Source of the DNA: an uncultured virus (IMG/VR IMGVR_UViG_3300005965_000003)
Taxonomy: Duplodnaviria > Heunggongvirae > Uroviricota > Caudoviricetes
Length of the DNA stretch: 64,000 bases
Direction: 5' to 3' (one strand)
IMG/VR virus record: IMGVR_UViG_3300005965_000003
Under the pieces are notes generated by a model. The model ran no database searches, was not told the DNA's origin, and saw nothing but the letters and a program-made list of their open reading frames with translations. The stretch's first letter is position 1. Every line of letters starts with the position of its first letter. A program made the translations under genes and the position numbers. Positions 18,536 through 27,902 of the stretch are shown piece after piece.

Positions 18536-18988
18536 ATGCTCTCCTTTACTGAGCTGCTGGCAATCTTTAACCCTGTACTGACAGTAGCGCTCCTGATGCT
18601 CGCAGTCTACGTGAAAGACAAGCTGTCCCGTACCAACAAACTTTATGTCACCTATGTGACGCAGCGCAAAGGAGGACAGCCGGTTTATCACCACGCTGTT
18701 CTCGAAAAGAATGTGGATCCTCTCGAATGGATAACCACAAAGGACAGCAAAGACAAGAACATCTATTACCGGATCGCTTATGTACAGCCCGTAAAATCAC
18801 ATAAGCATATCAATACAATGAAGCCTGTTGATGACAGTACTGGAGTTTGGTCGGCGCAGAACGGACACTTCGAGAGGAAACCGTATGATAACAATTATCG
18901 GAATCCACAAGCCCAGGACAATCGCGGCTATCCGAACAACCGGCCCTATCAACCCAAAAACGAAAACAACTACGCTTATCAGCGTTAA
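18536..18988 (+). CDS. membrane-anchored protein with Asn/Tyr/Gln-rich tail
   Basis: GGAGG RBS before ATG 18536; N-terminal TM. Confidence 0.75.
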   Translation: MLSFTELLAIFNPVLTVALLMLAVYVKDKLSRTNKLYVTYVTQRKGGQPVYHHAVLEKNVDPLEWITTKDSKDKNIYYRIAYVQPVKSHKHINTMKPVDDSTGVWSAQNGHFERKPYDNNYRNPQAQDNRGYPNNRPYQPKNENNYAYQR

Positions 18989-19012
18989 GTAACTTTTTTA
19001 AAAAAGTATATT
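18985..19012 (+). promoter_or_regulatory. putative phage early promoter
   Basis: TTAAGTAA-N12-AGTATATT. Confidence 0.7.
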
Positions 19013-19015
19013 ATT

Positions 19016-19050
19016 AGGGAAGGGTACTCAGTATCCTTCCCTTTTCTTTT
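19016..19050 (+). terminator. terminator-like hairpin directly after the promoter
   Basis: AGGGAAGGGTAC-TCA-GTATCCTTCCCT-TTTCTTTT. Confidence 0.7.
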
Positions 19051-19064
19051 TCCCTGGGGGAATT

Positions 19065-19523
19065 ATGTCAAAATATATCGAAGAAAATATCGACACGCCC
19101 AGTAATAATATTATGAAGTTCGTCTTCTCTCCCCTGTTCCTTATTGCCTTTCTTGTAGGGTTAGGTGTTTGGGTATTGAATGCCAAGAGGAAAGCTGAAA
19201 AAGACGCCATGGAGATATGCTGCTATAAGGCAATCTACTATCATCATAAAGCCTTCAAAAACGATTCCCATATACCAGTGTATGAAGTAGATAGAGAAGA
19301 TATTACATTTGTCGGAGATTCGAAAAGACATTTTAGCGGCCTTGGATTCCTCTATGAGTTTGACGTTAGTAGAGCAAAGAAACGAAACGGAGAATACGTA
19401 AGCGGCACAGCCTATGTCAGAGTGGACCTTAAAATTGACGGCCTGTTTCGTTACAAGAGGGGTTCAGCAATGAAAAATAGAATGGAAAGTTTTGAAGAGA
19501 AAGGCAAAGTACACAGCTACTAA
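19065..19523 (+). CDS. membrane-anchored hypothetical protein
   Basis: TM segment FVFSPLFLIAFLVGLGVWVL. Confidence 0.7.
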   Translation: MSKYIEENIDTPSNNIMKFVFSPLFLIAFLVGLGVWVLNAKRKAEKDAMEICCYKAIYYHHKAFKNDSHIPVYEVDREDITFVGDSKRHFSGLGFLYEFDVSRAKKRNGEYVSGTAYVRVDLKIDGLFRYKRGSAMKNRMESFEEKGKVHSY

Positions 19524-19887
19524 AACCTTAATACTTATGAGAATGAAGTCATTATCAAAGAATTTTAGATTGATTGACCAGGTAGAAATTCCTTATACAA
19601 GAGCTGAGTTCAAGGATCTAATAACCTGGCTAAAAGAAAATCCCGGCACCCATTCCTATGGGTGCCGGTTACATAATGTGTTGGATAACTATTTCCTTGC
19701 CGGAGTGAATGCTAGTAAGTCTCCGGTTTCAGAATTGATCTCACGAGGACATCAATATTTGCTCAATGATCAGAAATGGTATGGGATGATCTTTCTCCAA
19801 CCAAGAGAAAGATTATCTTTATACTTAAATGAAGAAGACTCTGTAACAAAGGGGATAGCTTTGTGGAGATTGAGAAAAAGAAAATAG
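19492..19887 (+). CDS. LPL/WR-GK tail family protein (start uncertain)
   Basis: Ends GMIFLQPRERLSLYLNEEDSVTKGIALWRLRKRK. Confidence 0.75.
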   Translation: MKRKAKYTATKTLILMRMKSLSKNFRLIDQVEIPYTRAEFKDLITWLKENPGTHSYGCRLHNVLDNYFLAGVNASKSPVSELISRGHQYLLNDQKWYGMIFLQPRERLSLYLNEEDSVTKGIALWRLRKRK

Positions 19888-19902
19888 AACAACGGCTAAT
19901 AT

Positions 19903-20232
19903 GTGGAGAGGTTTATGGTAAAGCCGAAAATTAAATACACTCAAAACGAGTTAAGAGAATTATCGGATATCCTAAGGAAGTCCTCTAATAACTTATGTAA
20001 TAGCTTTGGTATAGTGCTCTGTTCTTTATTGGATAAAGAGTTTTCTTTTACTGTAGAGCCTACTCATGTGGGTAGCATTCAAGGTCATAAATTTCTTTAT
20101 GACAATTACTCCTACAGATATTCAGTACTGTTTCTTAGAGAGCTATCAATGCTTCCAACAGAAATGAACGATGAGGATCCGGTAGTGAATGAGATTGTCT
20201 TGTGGAGGATAAAGAATGGAAAGGGGGAGTAA
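19903..20232 (+). CDS. LPL/WR-GK tail family protein
   Basis: Ends SVLFLRELSMLPTEMNDEDPVVNEIVLWRIKNGKGE. Confidence 0.75.
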   Translation: MERFMVKPKIKYTQNELRELSDILRKSSNNLCNSFGIVLCSLLDKEFSFTVEPTHVGSIQGHKFLYDNYSYRYSVLFLRELSMLPTEMNDEDPVVNEIVLWRIKNGKGE

Positions 20233-20246
20233 CCCCCCTTTCGTTT
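20221..20246. terminator. hairpin between convergent genes
   Basis: AAGGGGG-AGTAA-CCCCCTT. Confidence 0.6.
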
Positions 20247-21201
20247 ATCCTCTAAGAAGTAGGGTTACTTCTTTGGCTATCTCAAGCAGAGAGGCGGCTT
20301 TCTCATAGACTGCTGCTTTTTTTCTACGAGCAGCACCCTCGGGGTTGATTTCATCATCAAGAAGCTTTTTTACATCTTTGTAGCTTTTCTTGGGATCGAT
20401 AGCCGTACCAACCAGAATAGCAAAATTAAGATTTACTTTCTGAGCAGCATTAATCAGATCCTTACGTGCCTGATCCACTTCATCTTCACTTTTAAATGCT
20501 GGCACGAATCTAAGCTCTTCAATAATATCCAATACTTTATTAGCTGCTGAATGAGTTTTTGTTAAATCCTTAGTAACATTTACAAGAAGTTTGAGCTTAT
20601 CGTTATAGTCTTCTCCGCTGGTAAGAAAATTATGGTATAGTTTTTGGCCTTTACCTTCTGATTTGCCCTTACCTTCTGATTTGCCCTTATCCTCCTTCAA
20701 GAATTCTTCTGGATTCTTAAGGTACTTCTCAAACATTTTATACATGTGAGGAGATACAGCAGCAAACTTCAAACATCCATCCCCGGTCTGCTGAATCATC
20801 TTTCGTGGATATGACACAGAACAACTCGGACATGTCATTTTTTCCGGTAGCTTGGAAAAATCGCCACGGACCCGAGCACGATTCCCACACATAGGACAAG
20901 TCAACGTCCCTGGCTCTGCCGGAGGCGGTGGAGGAGGCGTATCCATTGGCGGGGATGCGGGAGGAGCATCTTCTTCAATAATCTCCGGACCTCCCACCGG
21001 CATCGGAGGTATGGGCTTTTTCTTGACCTCATCCATTTCGATAGGAATGATCTTCCCGTCGTAATCAAGTTCACCGATGTTGATCTTGTTCTCAGGCTCC
21101 ACCGGAATAACTTTGAGTTCAGAGCTATCGTAATCCATTCCATAATCACGCCTTGATCTGAGAGGCTGAGCCATGGATTCTTTGTCATTGTTTTTGGCCA
21201 T
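20245..21201 (-). CDS. hypothetical Pro-rich zinc-ribbon protein (only credible minus-strand gene)
   Basis: 318 aa filling a gap with no credible + strand gene; AAGG RBS; CPMC...CPSC; poly-Pro; KGKSEG repeat. Confidence 0.85.
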   Translation of the reverse strand: MAKNNDKESMAQPLRSRRDYGMDYDSSELKVIPVEPENKINIGELDYDGKIIPIEMDEVKKKPIPPMPVGGPEIIEEDAPPASPPMDTPPPPPPAEPGTLTCPMCGNRARVRGDFSKLPEKMTCPSCSVSYPRKMIQQTGDGCLKFAAVSPHMYKMFEKYLKNPEEFLKEDKGKSEGKGKSEGKGQKLYHNFLTSGEDYNDKLKLLVNVTKDLTKTHSAANKVLDIIEELRFVPAFKSEDEVDQARKDLINAAQKVNLNFAILVGTAIDPKKSYKDVKKLLDDEINPEGAARRKKAAVYEKAASLLEIAKEVTLLLRG

Positions 21202-21245
21202 TTTAATTACCTTTCGAATTTATCTGGATTTTTCCAAATTTTACT

Positions 21246-21273
21246 TGATTTAGAAATAACTAATAAGTATATT
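21246..21273 (+). promoter_or_regulatory. putative phage early promoter
   Basis: GATTTAG-N12-AGTATATT. Confidence 0.65.
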
Positions 21274-21347
21274 GTGTATTAGATTAGCCTAAAAAGAAAT
21301 TTGTACTAATAAAATGATATTAATAGAATATCAAAAGGAGGCTACTA

Positions 21348-22550
21348 ATGAGTGTCACCTCAATGCTTAGGCGTCTGCAGGATCTAAAGGACTATATGTC
21401 CCAAGGTATCCGAGGGTATCGACCCTGGACCCTCATCGATACAGAAGAGCTTACTGGCCCCTCTGAGACTGATAATGAGATCGTCAGCCAGTATGCTCCC
21501 CCGATCAATCCCAAAGATATAGAAAAAGTCTTTCGTCATTACGGTTATAAAGCTGAGTATGTGGATCACATAATCTGTCCTTCTGTGACGGTGTATGAGG
21601 TCTCCCTGGCTCTGGGTACCCGAGTCGGTCAGCTAATAAAGCTGGAGCGTGATATCGCCCGGGACCTTGGGTTGTCCTCCATACGAATCGTAGACAGAAA
21701 GAATTCTCCAAACATCGGTATAGAAGTACCTAATAAAGATCGACTGCCTCTCTACTTCAAGGAGACTGTACAGGATCTTCCTGAGAAGATGGATATCCCG
21801 GTGGTCTTTGGTGAAGACACTTACGGTGAAAATATCGTTCGTGATCTCACTAAGATGCCTCACCTGCTGGTTGCCGGTCAGACCGGTTCCGGTAAGTCTG
21901 TCTTCCTCAATACTCTGATCAGTACTATCCTGGCTACCAAGAAGCCTGAGGATGTACAGCTACTCCTGGTGGATCCAAAAGGCAATGAGTTCATGTCTTA
22001 TGATGACGTGCCTCACCTGCTGGAGCCGGTAGCTACGTGTTTAGAGGATGCGCGTGAGATCCTGAGCTTTGCTATCAAAGAGATGGGTGATCGGTTTGAT
22101 CTACTTAAGGAAGAGAAGTGCCGGAAGCTCTCCGACTACAACGAGAAGACTCAGGACAAGCTGCCTTACATCGTCCTGGTAGTGGACGAATTTGCGGACC
22201 TGATGCTTGCCGGTACTCCGAAAGAGAGAAAAGAGATCGAGGATATGATTGTCCGCGTTGCTCAGAAGGCACGAGCAGTTGGGATCCATTTGGTCTTGGC
22301 TACTCAGAAGCCTATCGCTAAGGTAATGACGACTCTCATTAAGTCGAACATGCCTGCGCGGGTATCCTTCAGGGTTCCCTCGTGGAATGACTCGAAGGTG
22401 ATCCTCGATGAGAAAGGTGCCGAAAATCTGATTGGTCAGGGTGATATGCTTTTCTGTGATCCCCTTGCTATCGATGAGGCAGATAGAATGAAAAGGATAC
22501 AGGCTCCTTGGATACCTGATGAAGACATTGAAATAATTACTAACCAATAG
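21348..22550 (+). CDS. ftsK: FtsK/SpoIIIE DNA translocase (alpha/beta motor only)
   Basis: IGIEVPN, MPHLLVAGQTGSGKS, LLVDPK, VVDEFADLM, ARAVGIHLVLATQKP, GAENLIGQGDML. Confidence 0.93.
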   Translation: MSVTSMLRRLQDLKDYMSQGIRGYRPWTLIDTEELTGPSETDNEIVSQYAPPINPKDIEKVFRHYGYKAEYVDHIICPSVTVYEVSLALGTRVGQLIKLERDIARDLGLSSIRIVDRKNSPNIGIEVPNKDRLPLYFKETVQDLPEKMDIPVVFGEDTYGENIVRDLTKMPHLLVAGQTGSGKSVFLNTLISTILATKKPEDVQLLLVDPKGNEFMSYDDVPHLLEPVATCLEDAREILSFAIKEMGDRFDLLKEEKCRKLSDYNEKTQDKLPYIVLVVDEFADLMLAGTPKERKEIEDMIVRVAQKARAVGIHLVLATQKPIAKVMTTLIKSNMPARVSFRVPSWNDSKVILDEKGAENLIGQGDMLFCDPLAIDEADRMKRIQAPWIPDEDIEIITNQ

Positions 22551-22552
22551 GA

Positions 22553-23182
22553 GTGAATGTGATACCGAATGTGAAAGCATCGCTGATAATGAATTATGTA
22601 GTAGATACTGCCAAGTTTCATCTGAAGAAACTGGGGACTATGAATGGTCAGCTATTCTTCTTTCGAGAAAAGGATGGCCGCAAGCCTCTCATTCAAGTAC
22701 ATGAGACTCTTCTCTATAAAGAAGCAAAGGTAATCGTGGATCAGACTCCAGTCGATATGACGGATAAGCAATTCGGTTTGAATATCGAGGGGGTGCTTTA
22801 TCTGCTCCAGTCTCGGTCACTGAAAGAGGATAAGATAATTGATCAGTTCATACGAGAGTTCATGTCCTACAACGATGTAGATATGGTTGCTTTCGTAATG
22901 ATCGGTTATCGGAAAAAGGTAGAGGAGAAAGATAGGGGTAGGAAAGATCTTAGTCTGGATATTGATTCTACCCGAGTGCTCCACGCTACTTACAGCCTAC
23001 GGGGAGTCAAAGAGCTCTACTCCATGACTACTCCTCTCTTAGAAGCTGGCAATAAAAGACCTACGGAGGAGAACCCCGCAGACATTCATACGATACTAAC
23101 GCCTTGGGAAATATGTTCGGATGAAAACTTCTCACGACTGGAAGTCGTAGCTAACAAAAACGGAGGGTCACTATGGAACTGA
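22553..23182 (+). CDS. hypothetical protein
   Basis: Directly follows ftsK. Confidence 0.75.
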   Translation: MNVIPNVKASLIMNYVVDTAKFHLKKLGTMNGQLFFFREKDGRKPLIQVHETLLYKEAKVIVDQTPVDMTDKQFGLNIEGVLYLLQSRSLKEDKIIDQFIREFMSYNDVDMVAFVMIGYRKKVEEKDRGRKDLSLDIDSTRVLHATYSLRGVKELYSMTTPLLEAGNKRPTEENPADIHTILTPWEICSDENFSRLEVVANKNGGSLWN

Positions 23183-24174
23183 GTCGCCTTTTTTCTGATG
23201 GATCGCTGGTTGACATTGATATCTCGATGTGGACCGGTGAAAAAAGATTGCAGCCCGAAGACCTCGGTATCCCGAAAGAGTCTGTCCCGAAGACGTTTAC
23301 CCTGGGTAGCAAAAAGCTGCTGCCTAAGGAAGTACGATCCAAGTTTAAGAACCTGGACTATGAGGCGCGTAAGCTTCTGGATTCAAAGAGCGTCTCCTTC
23401 CCTTTTGGTGGGGCACGATTCGTACCGAAGAAAGCCCTGGTGGAATTCGTTCAGGAGATGGATAAGCTGCAGCAGAAGTTCCAGAAGATTGTCGATGACC
23501 TGATTATCAATTACAACAAGTACAAGCTGGATATAAGAGCAGAGTACGTTGCTGCTGCGCACAAGGCTTACGACCGGCTGTCCCAGTTGAAGGGATTCGA
23601 CAAGACCAGGGACGAATACATCAATGAGTTCTTGGCACGAGTCGATACCTTCTATCCAAATGTGGACAAGATCCGAGATAAGTACTCCATGGATTACCAT
23701 GTCTTCCAGGTAGCCCTGCCTGATATCACCCAGGCCACCTATGAAGACATCGTCTCGGAGCAGAAGAAGATTGATATGATGGAGAAAGCTTTCACCAGTA
23801 AGATCAATCGTAAGATCGAGGAATTCGCTCAGAACATGATCGAGGAGATCCGGACCAAGGCAGAACTTGTCCTGGCAAAAGTGAATGATAACATGGCTCG
23901 TGGCGGTCGTGTGTCGGAAGCGACTCTCCGGATGCTCCGGAATATGATCAGCAACTATCAATCTCTGAATGTGATCGGCGACACTGTCTTCGAGAATGCC
24001 CTCCTGGAATTTAAGAAGAAGTACCTGGATGCATATGATGCCGAGTCGATCAGGAATTCCGAGAACATCTACAAAGAGATGTACCAGGAAATACAAAAAC
24101 TCACGAAGCTGGCATGTGACCAGTCAACTATCAAAGCTCTGTTGGACGGTTACCGTAACAAGGTAAGCGTCTGA
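23173..24174 (+). CDS. DUF3150-like helical protein
   Basis: IDISMWTGEKRL..EDLG....TLGSKKLLP..., FPFGGARFVP; family typically co-occurs with MoxR/vWA. Confidence 0.6.
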   Translation: MELSRLFSDGSLVDIDISMWTGEKRLQPEDLGIPKESVPKTFTLGSKKLLPKEVRSKFKNLDYEARKLLDSKSVSFPFGGARFVPKKALVEFVQEMDKLQQKFQKIVDDLIINYNKYKLDIRAEYVAAAHKAYDRLSQLKGFDKTRDEYINEFLARVDTFYPNVDKIRDKYSMDYHVFQVALPDITQATYEDIVSEQKKIDMMEKAFTSKINRKIEEFAQNMIEEIRTKAELVLAKVNDNMARGGRVSEATLRMLRNMISNYQSLNVIGDTVFENALLEFKKKYLDAYDAESIRNSENIYKEMYQEIQKLTKLACDQSTIKALLDGYRNKVSV

Positions 24175-24195
24175 TAGACGCTTACTGGAGGAACT

Positions 24196-25143
24196 ATGTA
24201 TCCATATTTAATCGCTGCGGTATTTGTCTACATTTGCTGGGGCATCGCTATCCTTCTGGGAAAGCTTATTGCTTTCCTCAATAGGAAGAAGCCCGTCTCC
24301 TTCAAGACGGATGAAGGTGACTTTACTGTATCGAGCGGTGTGGACAACTTGTTCAAGAAGAATAAAATAGAAGAAACTAATCCAACCATCCTCTATGAGG
24401 AATTGTGTGTACGGAATCCTGGGGATCATAAAAAAGATCCCAGGATTCCTTCGGTGATCTCTCAGTACAATGATATTATCCACGGCAAAACCCCGGACCC
24501 AGAGGGACAATATGCTCCCAGTGAAAAAATAGACGGAGAATTGAATGCTGATTACATCACGTATCTCAAAAATCAAAAAAAGGCTTTGAAAGCGAAAGGA
24601 GATAATGTAGAATGGATAAAGAATGAATTGGCTCGCCTCCAGAAAATTGATCGGGCTGATACTGCTGTAAGGGGATTTTTCTCCCAGCTCATCGATATGG
24701 GAATGCCCCCGGTATTATTTACAATGGTAGTAACAGAAGAGAGAATGGAATCCTACAGTCCTAAGGACTGGAAGGAAATGATCTCTCATATCAATGAGTA
24801 TCTTGAAAATGATTGTGCGATTCAGAATATCGGCGCTTTCCTTCTGTATTACGATGACCCCGATATAATTTATAACCACTCAAAGATGTATCAATTTGAT
24901 ATGCTGCTCAAACATGGGATCCCCGTACCTTTGGCTAAAATGGTAATCGAAGATCAGATCCATATAGATACTATGATAGAAGTGATAACAAAGGTGCAAG
25001 AGCGCGGGTACGATTGGGACGAAGCTATGGAAGAAACATTTTCCGATCTGCTGGAAAATCAAGAGAGACAAGAATTTAGAGAGATGTACCAAGATATCGT
25101 GAAAAAAAGTCAAAAAAGAAGTTTAATTAAGGGAGATAAATGA
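24196..25143 (+). CDS. membrane-anchored hypothetical protein
   Basis: GGAGG RBS; N-terminal TM. Confidence 0.8.
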   Translation: MYPYLIAAVFVYICWGIAILLGKLIAFLNRKKPVSFKTDEGDFTVSSGVDNLFKKNKIEETNPTILYEELCVRNPGDHKKDPRIPSVISQYNDIIHGKTPDPEGQYAPSEKIDGELNADYITYLKNQKKALKAKGDNVEWIKNELARLQKIDRADTAVRGFFSQLIDMGMPPVLFTMVVTEERMESYSPKDWKEMISHINEYLENDCAIQNIGAFLLYYDDPDIIYNHSKMYQFDMLLKHGIPVPLAKMVIEDQIHIDTMIEVITKVQERGYDWDEAMEETFSDLLENQERQEFREMYQDIVKKSQKRSLIKGDK

Positions 25144-25421
25144 GTACATTAATAACTATAATCATCATTTTGTTGCTGTGCTACATGCTTAAGAAAGCCA
25201 GCAGATTTCTGGGCATGTTTGCTTGGAAGATAGAAAAAGCGGAACGTGACAGAGCAAGATACAAAGAAGAATTATTGGGATCGCTAAAAAATATTGAAAA
25301 AGAGTTGTCACCCTCTGTCACAAATGATACAATAAATACTCAGGCTGTCATCGAGGACCAGAAAAATATTAGTGAAAAAGCTAAATTGCAAAAATCTATA
25401 GAGGAAGAATTGGGCATATAA
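25140..25421 (+). CDS. small membrane-anchored coiled-coil protein
   Basis: ATGA overlap; N-terminal TM. Confidence 0.7.
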   Translation: MSTLITIIIILLLCYMLKKASRFLGMFAWKIEKAERDRARYKEELLGSLKNIEKELSPSVTNDTINTQAVIEDQKNISEKAKLQKSIEEELGI

Positions 25422-25474
25422 AAAAAGCCCGCTGTTATTATATACTAAATCTATCTATGTTCAGGAGAGGTCTC

Positions 25475-26221
25475 ATGAGTAACGCCCAGAAGGTCGTAGT
25501 CGAAGGTTTTTGGTCTAACGTAGAAAAGCATGAAGACATTATCCACCGCTGCTTTATGCATCTTTTTCAGAAGTACCCCGATCCTGATGGAACAAAGAAT
25601 GCCCTTAACCACCTCCTGACCCAACTCCATCGCATGCAGGTCCTATCCGGAAAGAATGAGTACAAGCCCGAGCGTTACAAACAGGGCAACCACGATAAGG
25701 GGCGTCAGCAGCACATCTATAAGTGGACGGAGAAGATTCTTGGTGACCTGTACCGCCAGAATAAGCGGCAGAAAATCCGGTTTGCTCCTAAAGGTGATGT
25801 GGAAACGATTACTCCTTCCTCATACCACGATTACAATAAGAAGAATAACAGCTCTTTTGTTGACCCCATGTCCAGTGAGCCTACGGATCACACAAAGCAG
25901 AAGTTTGGGTACTTCCCGACCGTAGATCAGATGGGCAGCTTCGGTTGTGAGAATAGTGCTACTATGGCTCAGGATACTAGCTATGAGTGCGAAGAGCTCT
26001 ATCATAGGATTATGGATTGTGCAAAAAGTACTCTTGAGAAAGAGGCTATCAAGCTGCGCTACGAGCATGAGCTCTCAATCACAGATGTGGGTAGCATCAT
26101 CGGATGCACACCTCAGAATGTGAACATCATTCTGAAGCGCGTGCGTGAACGGTGCGCCACTCGTGGGCTGCTCCCTAAAAATTATAACACTGTGAAAGCT
26201 CGTGTACGCATCGCTAACTGA
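25475..26221 (+). CDS. sigma-factor-like protein with C-terminal region-4 HTH
   Basis: LEKEAIKLRYEHELSITDVGSIIGCTPQNVNIILKR; AGGAGAGG RBS before ATG 25475. Confidence 0.7.
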   Translation: MSNAQKVVVEGFWSNVEKHEDIIHRCFMHLFQKYPDPDGTKNALNHLLTQLHRMQVLSGKNEYKPERYKQGNHDKGRQQHIYKWTEKILGDLYRQNKRQKIRFAPKGDVETITPSSYHDYNKKNNSSFVDPMSSEPTDHTKQKFGYFPTVDQMGSFGCENSATMAQDTSYECEELYHRIMDCAKSTLEKEAIKLRYEHELSITDVGSIIGCTPQNVNIILKRVRERCATRGLLPKNYNTVKARVRIAN

Positions 26222-26246
26222 TGCCTGATACAGCTCGCCCTCCACA

Positions 26247-26292
26247 AAAGCCAGGCTCCGGAATCGAAACGGTCGGAGCCTGGCTTTAATTT
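26247..26292 (+). terminator. intrinsic terminator
   Basis: AAAGCCAGGCTCCG-N13-CGGAGCCTGGCTTT. Confidence 0.75.
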
Positions 26293-26313
26293 TCTATTAC
26301 AGATCGGTATATT
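26286..26313 (+). promoter_or_regulatory. putative phage early promoter (variant GGTATATT)
   Basis: TTAATTTT-N12-GGTATATT. Confidence 0.55.
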
Positions 26314-26347
26314 ATATACCAGACATCTATAGAGATCCGGATAAAAA

Positions 26348-26821
26348 ATGACCCTCACTAGATTACAAGTAAGTGTGCCGGTATGCCCTTCCACTGATAC
26401 CAGTATCGGGCATGGAGAAGGAATCACCTGGAATAACAAAACCTATTACTATCGAAATGAATTAGAGATACCTAAAGATAAAGTGGTCTACCTACGGTGG
26501 GAAGGTAACTATGCCGGTCGGCAGATAGGTGAGAAGGAATGGATAATCGTAGTCTGGGATAAAGAAGGTTTCCTTTTACTTGAACATCTACATTATGATG
26601 TCCGAGGTTCCATGTCGAAGTATAAAGGAAAATCTGCAGAACAGGCTATCAGTATTATTACCGAACTTAACGCCACTCAAACAGCTATGTCCTTCATGGG
26701 GTTGAAGCCCTCTTGTCACCTGTGCGGTAAACCAGTAGTTAAAGTCTGCTCATCACAACCTACAGATGAATGTTACGAGTGTTATGTAAACACTAAAAAA
26801 GCTAACGTAAGGAAATGCTAA
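26348..26821 (+). CDS. hypothetical protein with C-terminal Cys finger
   Basis: CHLC...CYEC. Confidence 0.7.
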   Translation: MTLTRLQVSVPVCPSTDTSIGHGEGITWNNKTYYYRNELEIPKDKVVYLRWEGNYAGRQIGEKEWIIVVWDKEGFLLLEHLHYDVRGSMSKYKGKSAEQAISIITELNATQTAMSFMGLKPSCHLCGKPVVKVCSSQPTDECYECYVNTKKANVRKC

Positions 26822-27111
26822 TGTCAGCCATACATGTACTTAATTGTGGATGCTCAAGAGAGATGGATGAATTCTCCAATAAGATAGTAAGAATCTCTTT
26901 CTGCCAGGAGCATATCAACCATAATATAGATACCGAGTTTAACAAACTTCTGGTAAGAGCGGCGAAGAAAAAGGAACCCGAAGCCAACAAACCAACAGAT
27001 TATGATTACTGTCCCCATTGCCGAGGAAGATTCAGCTTCAATAAACCTGGGGATGATTTTCTTTGCCCCTTCTGTAAGAAAGATATCAGAGATACGGACA
27101 GATACGCATGA
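26815..27111 (+). CDS. zinc-finger protein
   Basis: CGC...FCQEH; CPHC...CPFC. Confidence 0.7.
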   Translation: MLMSAIHVLNCGCSREMDEFSNKIVRISFCQEHINHNIDTEFNKLLVRAAKKKEPEANKPTDYDYCPHCRGRFSFNKPGDDFLCPFCKKDIRDTDRYA

Positions 27112-27147
27112 AGAAAAAAGATAAAAAAGAAAAGCCCAGGTGCTGTT

Positions 27148-27333
27148 ATGAGAGTACCTGTAATGGTCCTGACATGGATCTGCCGTGCTTTTGTACAGAA
27201 ACGTGTAAGCATAAGGAAATTACTTCCAAGGAGTTATCTGGTGAACACTATAAGATATAAATTATTTAGAGTAACTCATATTCTTATAGGTATCCTCGTT
27301 TTGATTTCTTTGCCTCTCTTTTGGATACCTTAA
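27148..27333 (+). CDS. small membrane protein
   Basis: Hydrophobic C-terminus. Confidence 0.45.
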   Translation: MRVPVMVLTWICRAFVQKRVSIRKLLPRSYLVNTIRYKLFRVTHILIGILVLISLPLFWIP

Positions 27334-27406
27334 GGATGGGTGGATTCGTAGGTGGACTGATAAGTTTTTATAAAGAGACATTCCAATATATGCGTAATGA
27401 TAAACC

Positions 27407-27667
27407 ATGGGGGCCAGTAGACGGATGCCTGATTATTCAAAGAAACTCGAAGAACTCGGACTAACCGACAAGCACGCTGCTGCAGTAAAGAGAGGCCTGG
27501 AGGAACTCCATGGAGCCCTCTGCCATCTTAGTCCAAAGGCAATGGCTATGGTTGATGGAATAGGCCTTGATAATATTATGGCAGACTTCTGCAATACAGA
27601 GGGGTTGTCACCCGTATCTAATCCATGTCGTAAAATAGCAATGAGGACTTATGGTAAAGTACTTTGA
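27407..27667 (+). CDS. hypothetical protein
   Basis: In + strand gene run. Confidence 0.6.
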   Translation: MGASRRMPDYSKKLEELGLTDKHAAAVKRGLEELHGALCHLSPKAMAMVDGIGLDNIMADFCNTEGLSPVSNPCRKIAMRTYGKVL

Positions 27668-27902
27668 GAAACGAGTAGAGAAGAGAGCAAATGCTATGAT
27701 AAAGCATAAGAGACTCTTTGCTTATATCATGATGATTGATTTGTGCCTTTATGTGTTTAAACTAATTGGTTTTATATCCAAGTATTGGGACTCATGGCAC
27801 ATGGGAGCATTGTTCAAGTTTCCCAAGAGAAAGAAAAAAGAAGAGGATATGAAAGATTATGAGCTACGAGGAAGAGAAGAGAAAGACTCAAGAGAAGATT
27901 GA
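27651..27902 (+). CDS. small membrane protein
   Basis: GAGG RBS; central hydrophobic segment. Confidence 0.6.
   Translation: MVKYFEKRVEKRANAMIKHKRLFAYIMMIDLCLYVFKLIGFISKYWDSWHMGALFKFPKRKKKEEDMKDYELRGREEKDSRED

Noticed and set aside
20651..20689. 18-bp tandem repeat
   Set aside because: In-frame KGKSEG duplication in a low-complexity linker, with no sign of regulatory or mobile function.
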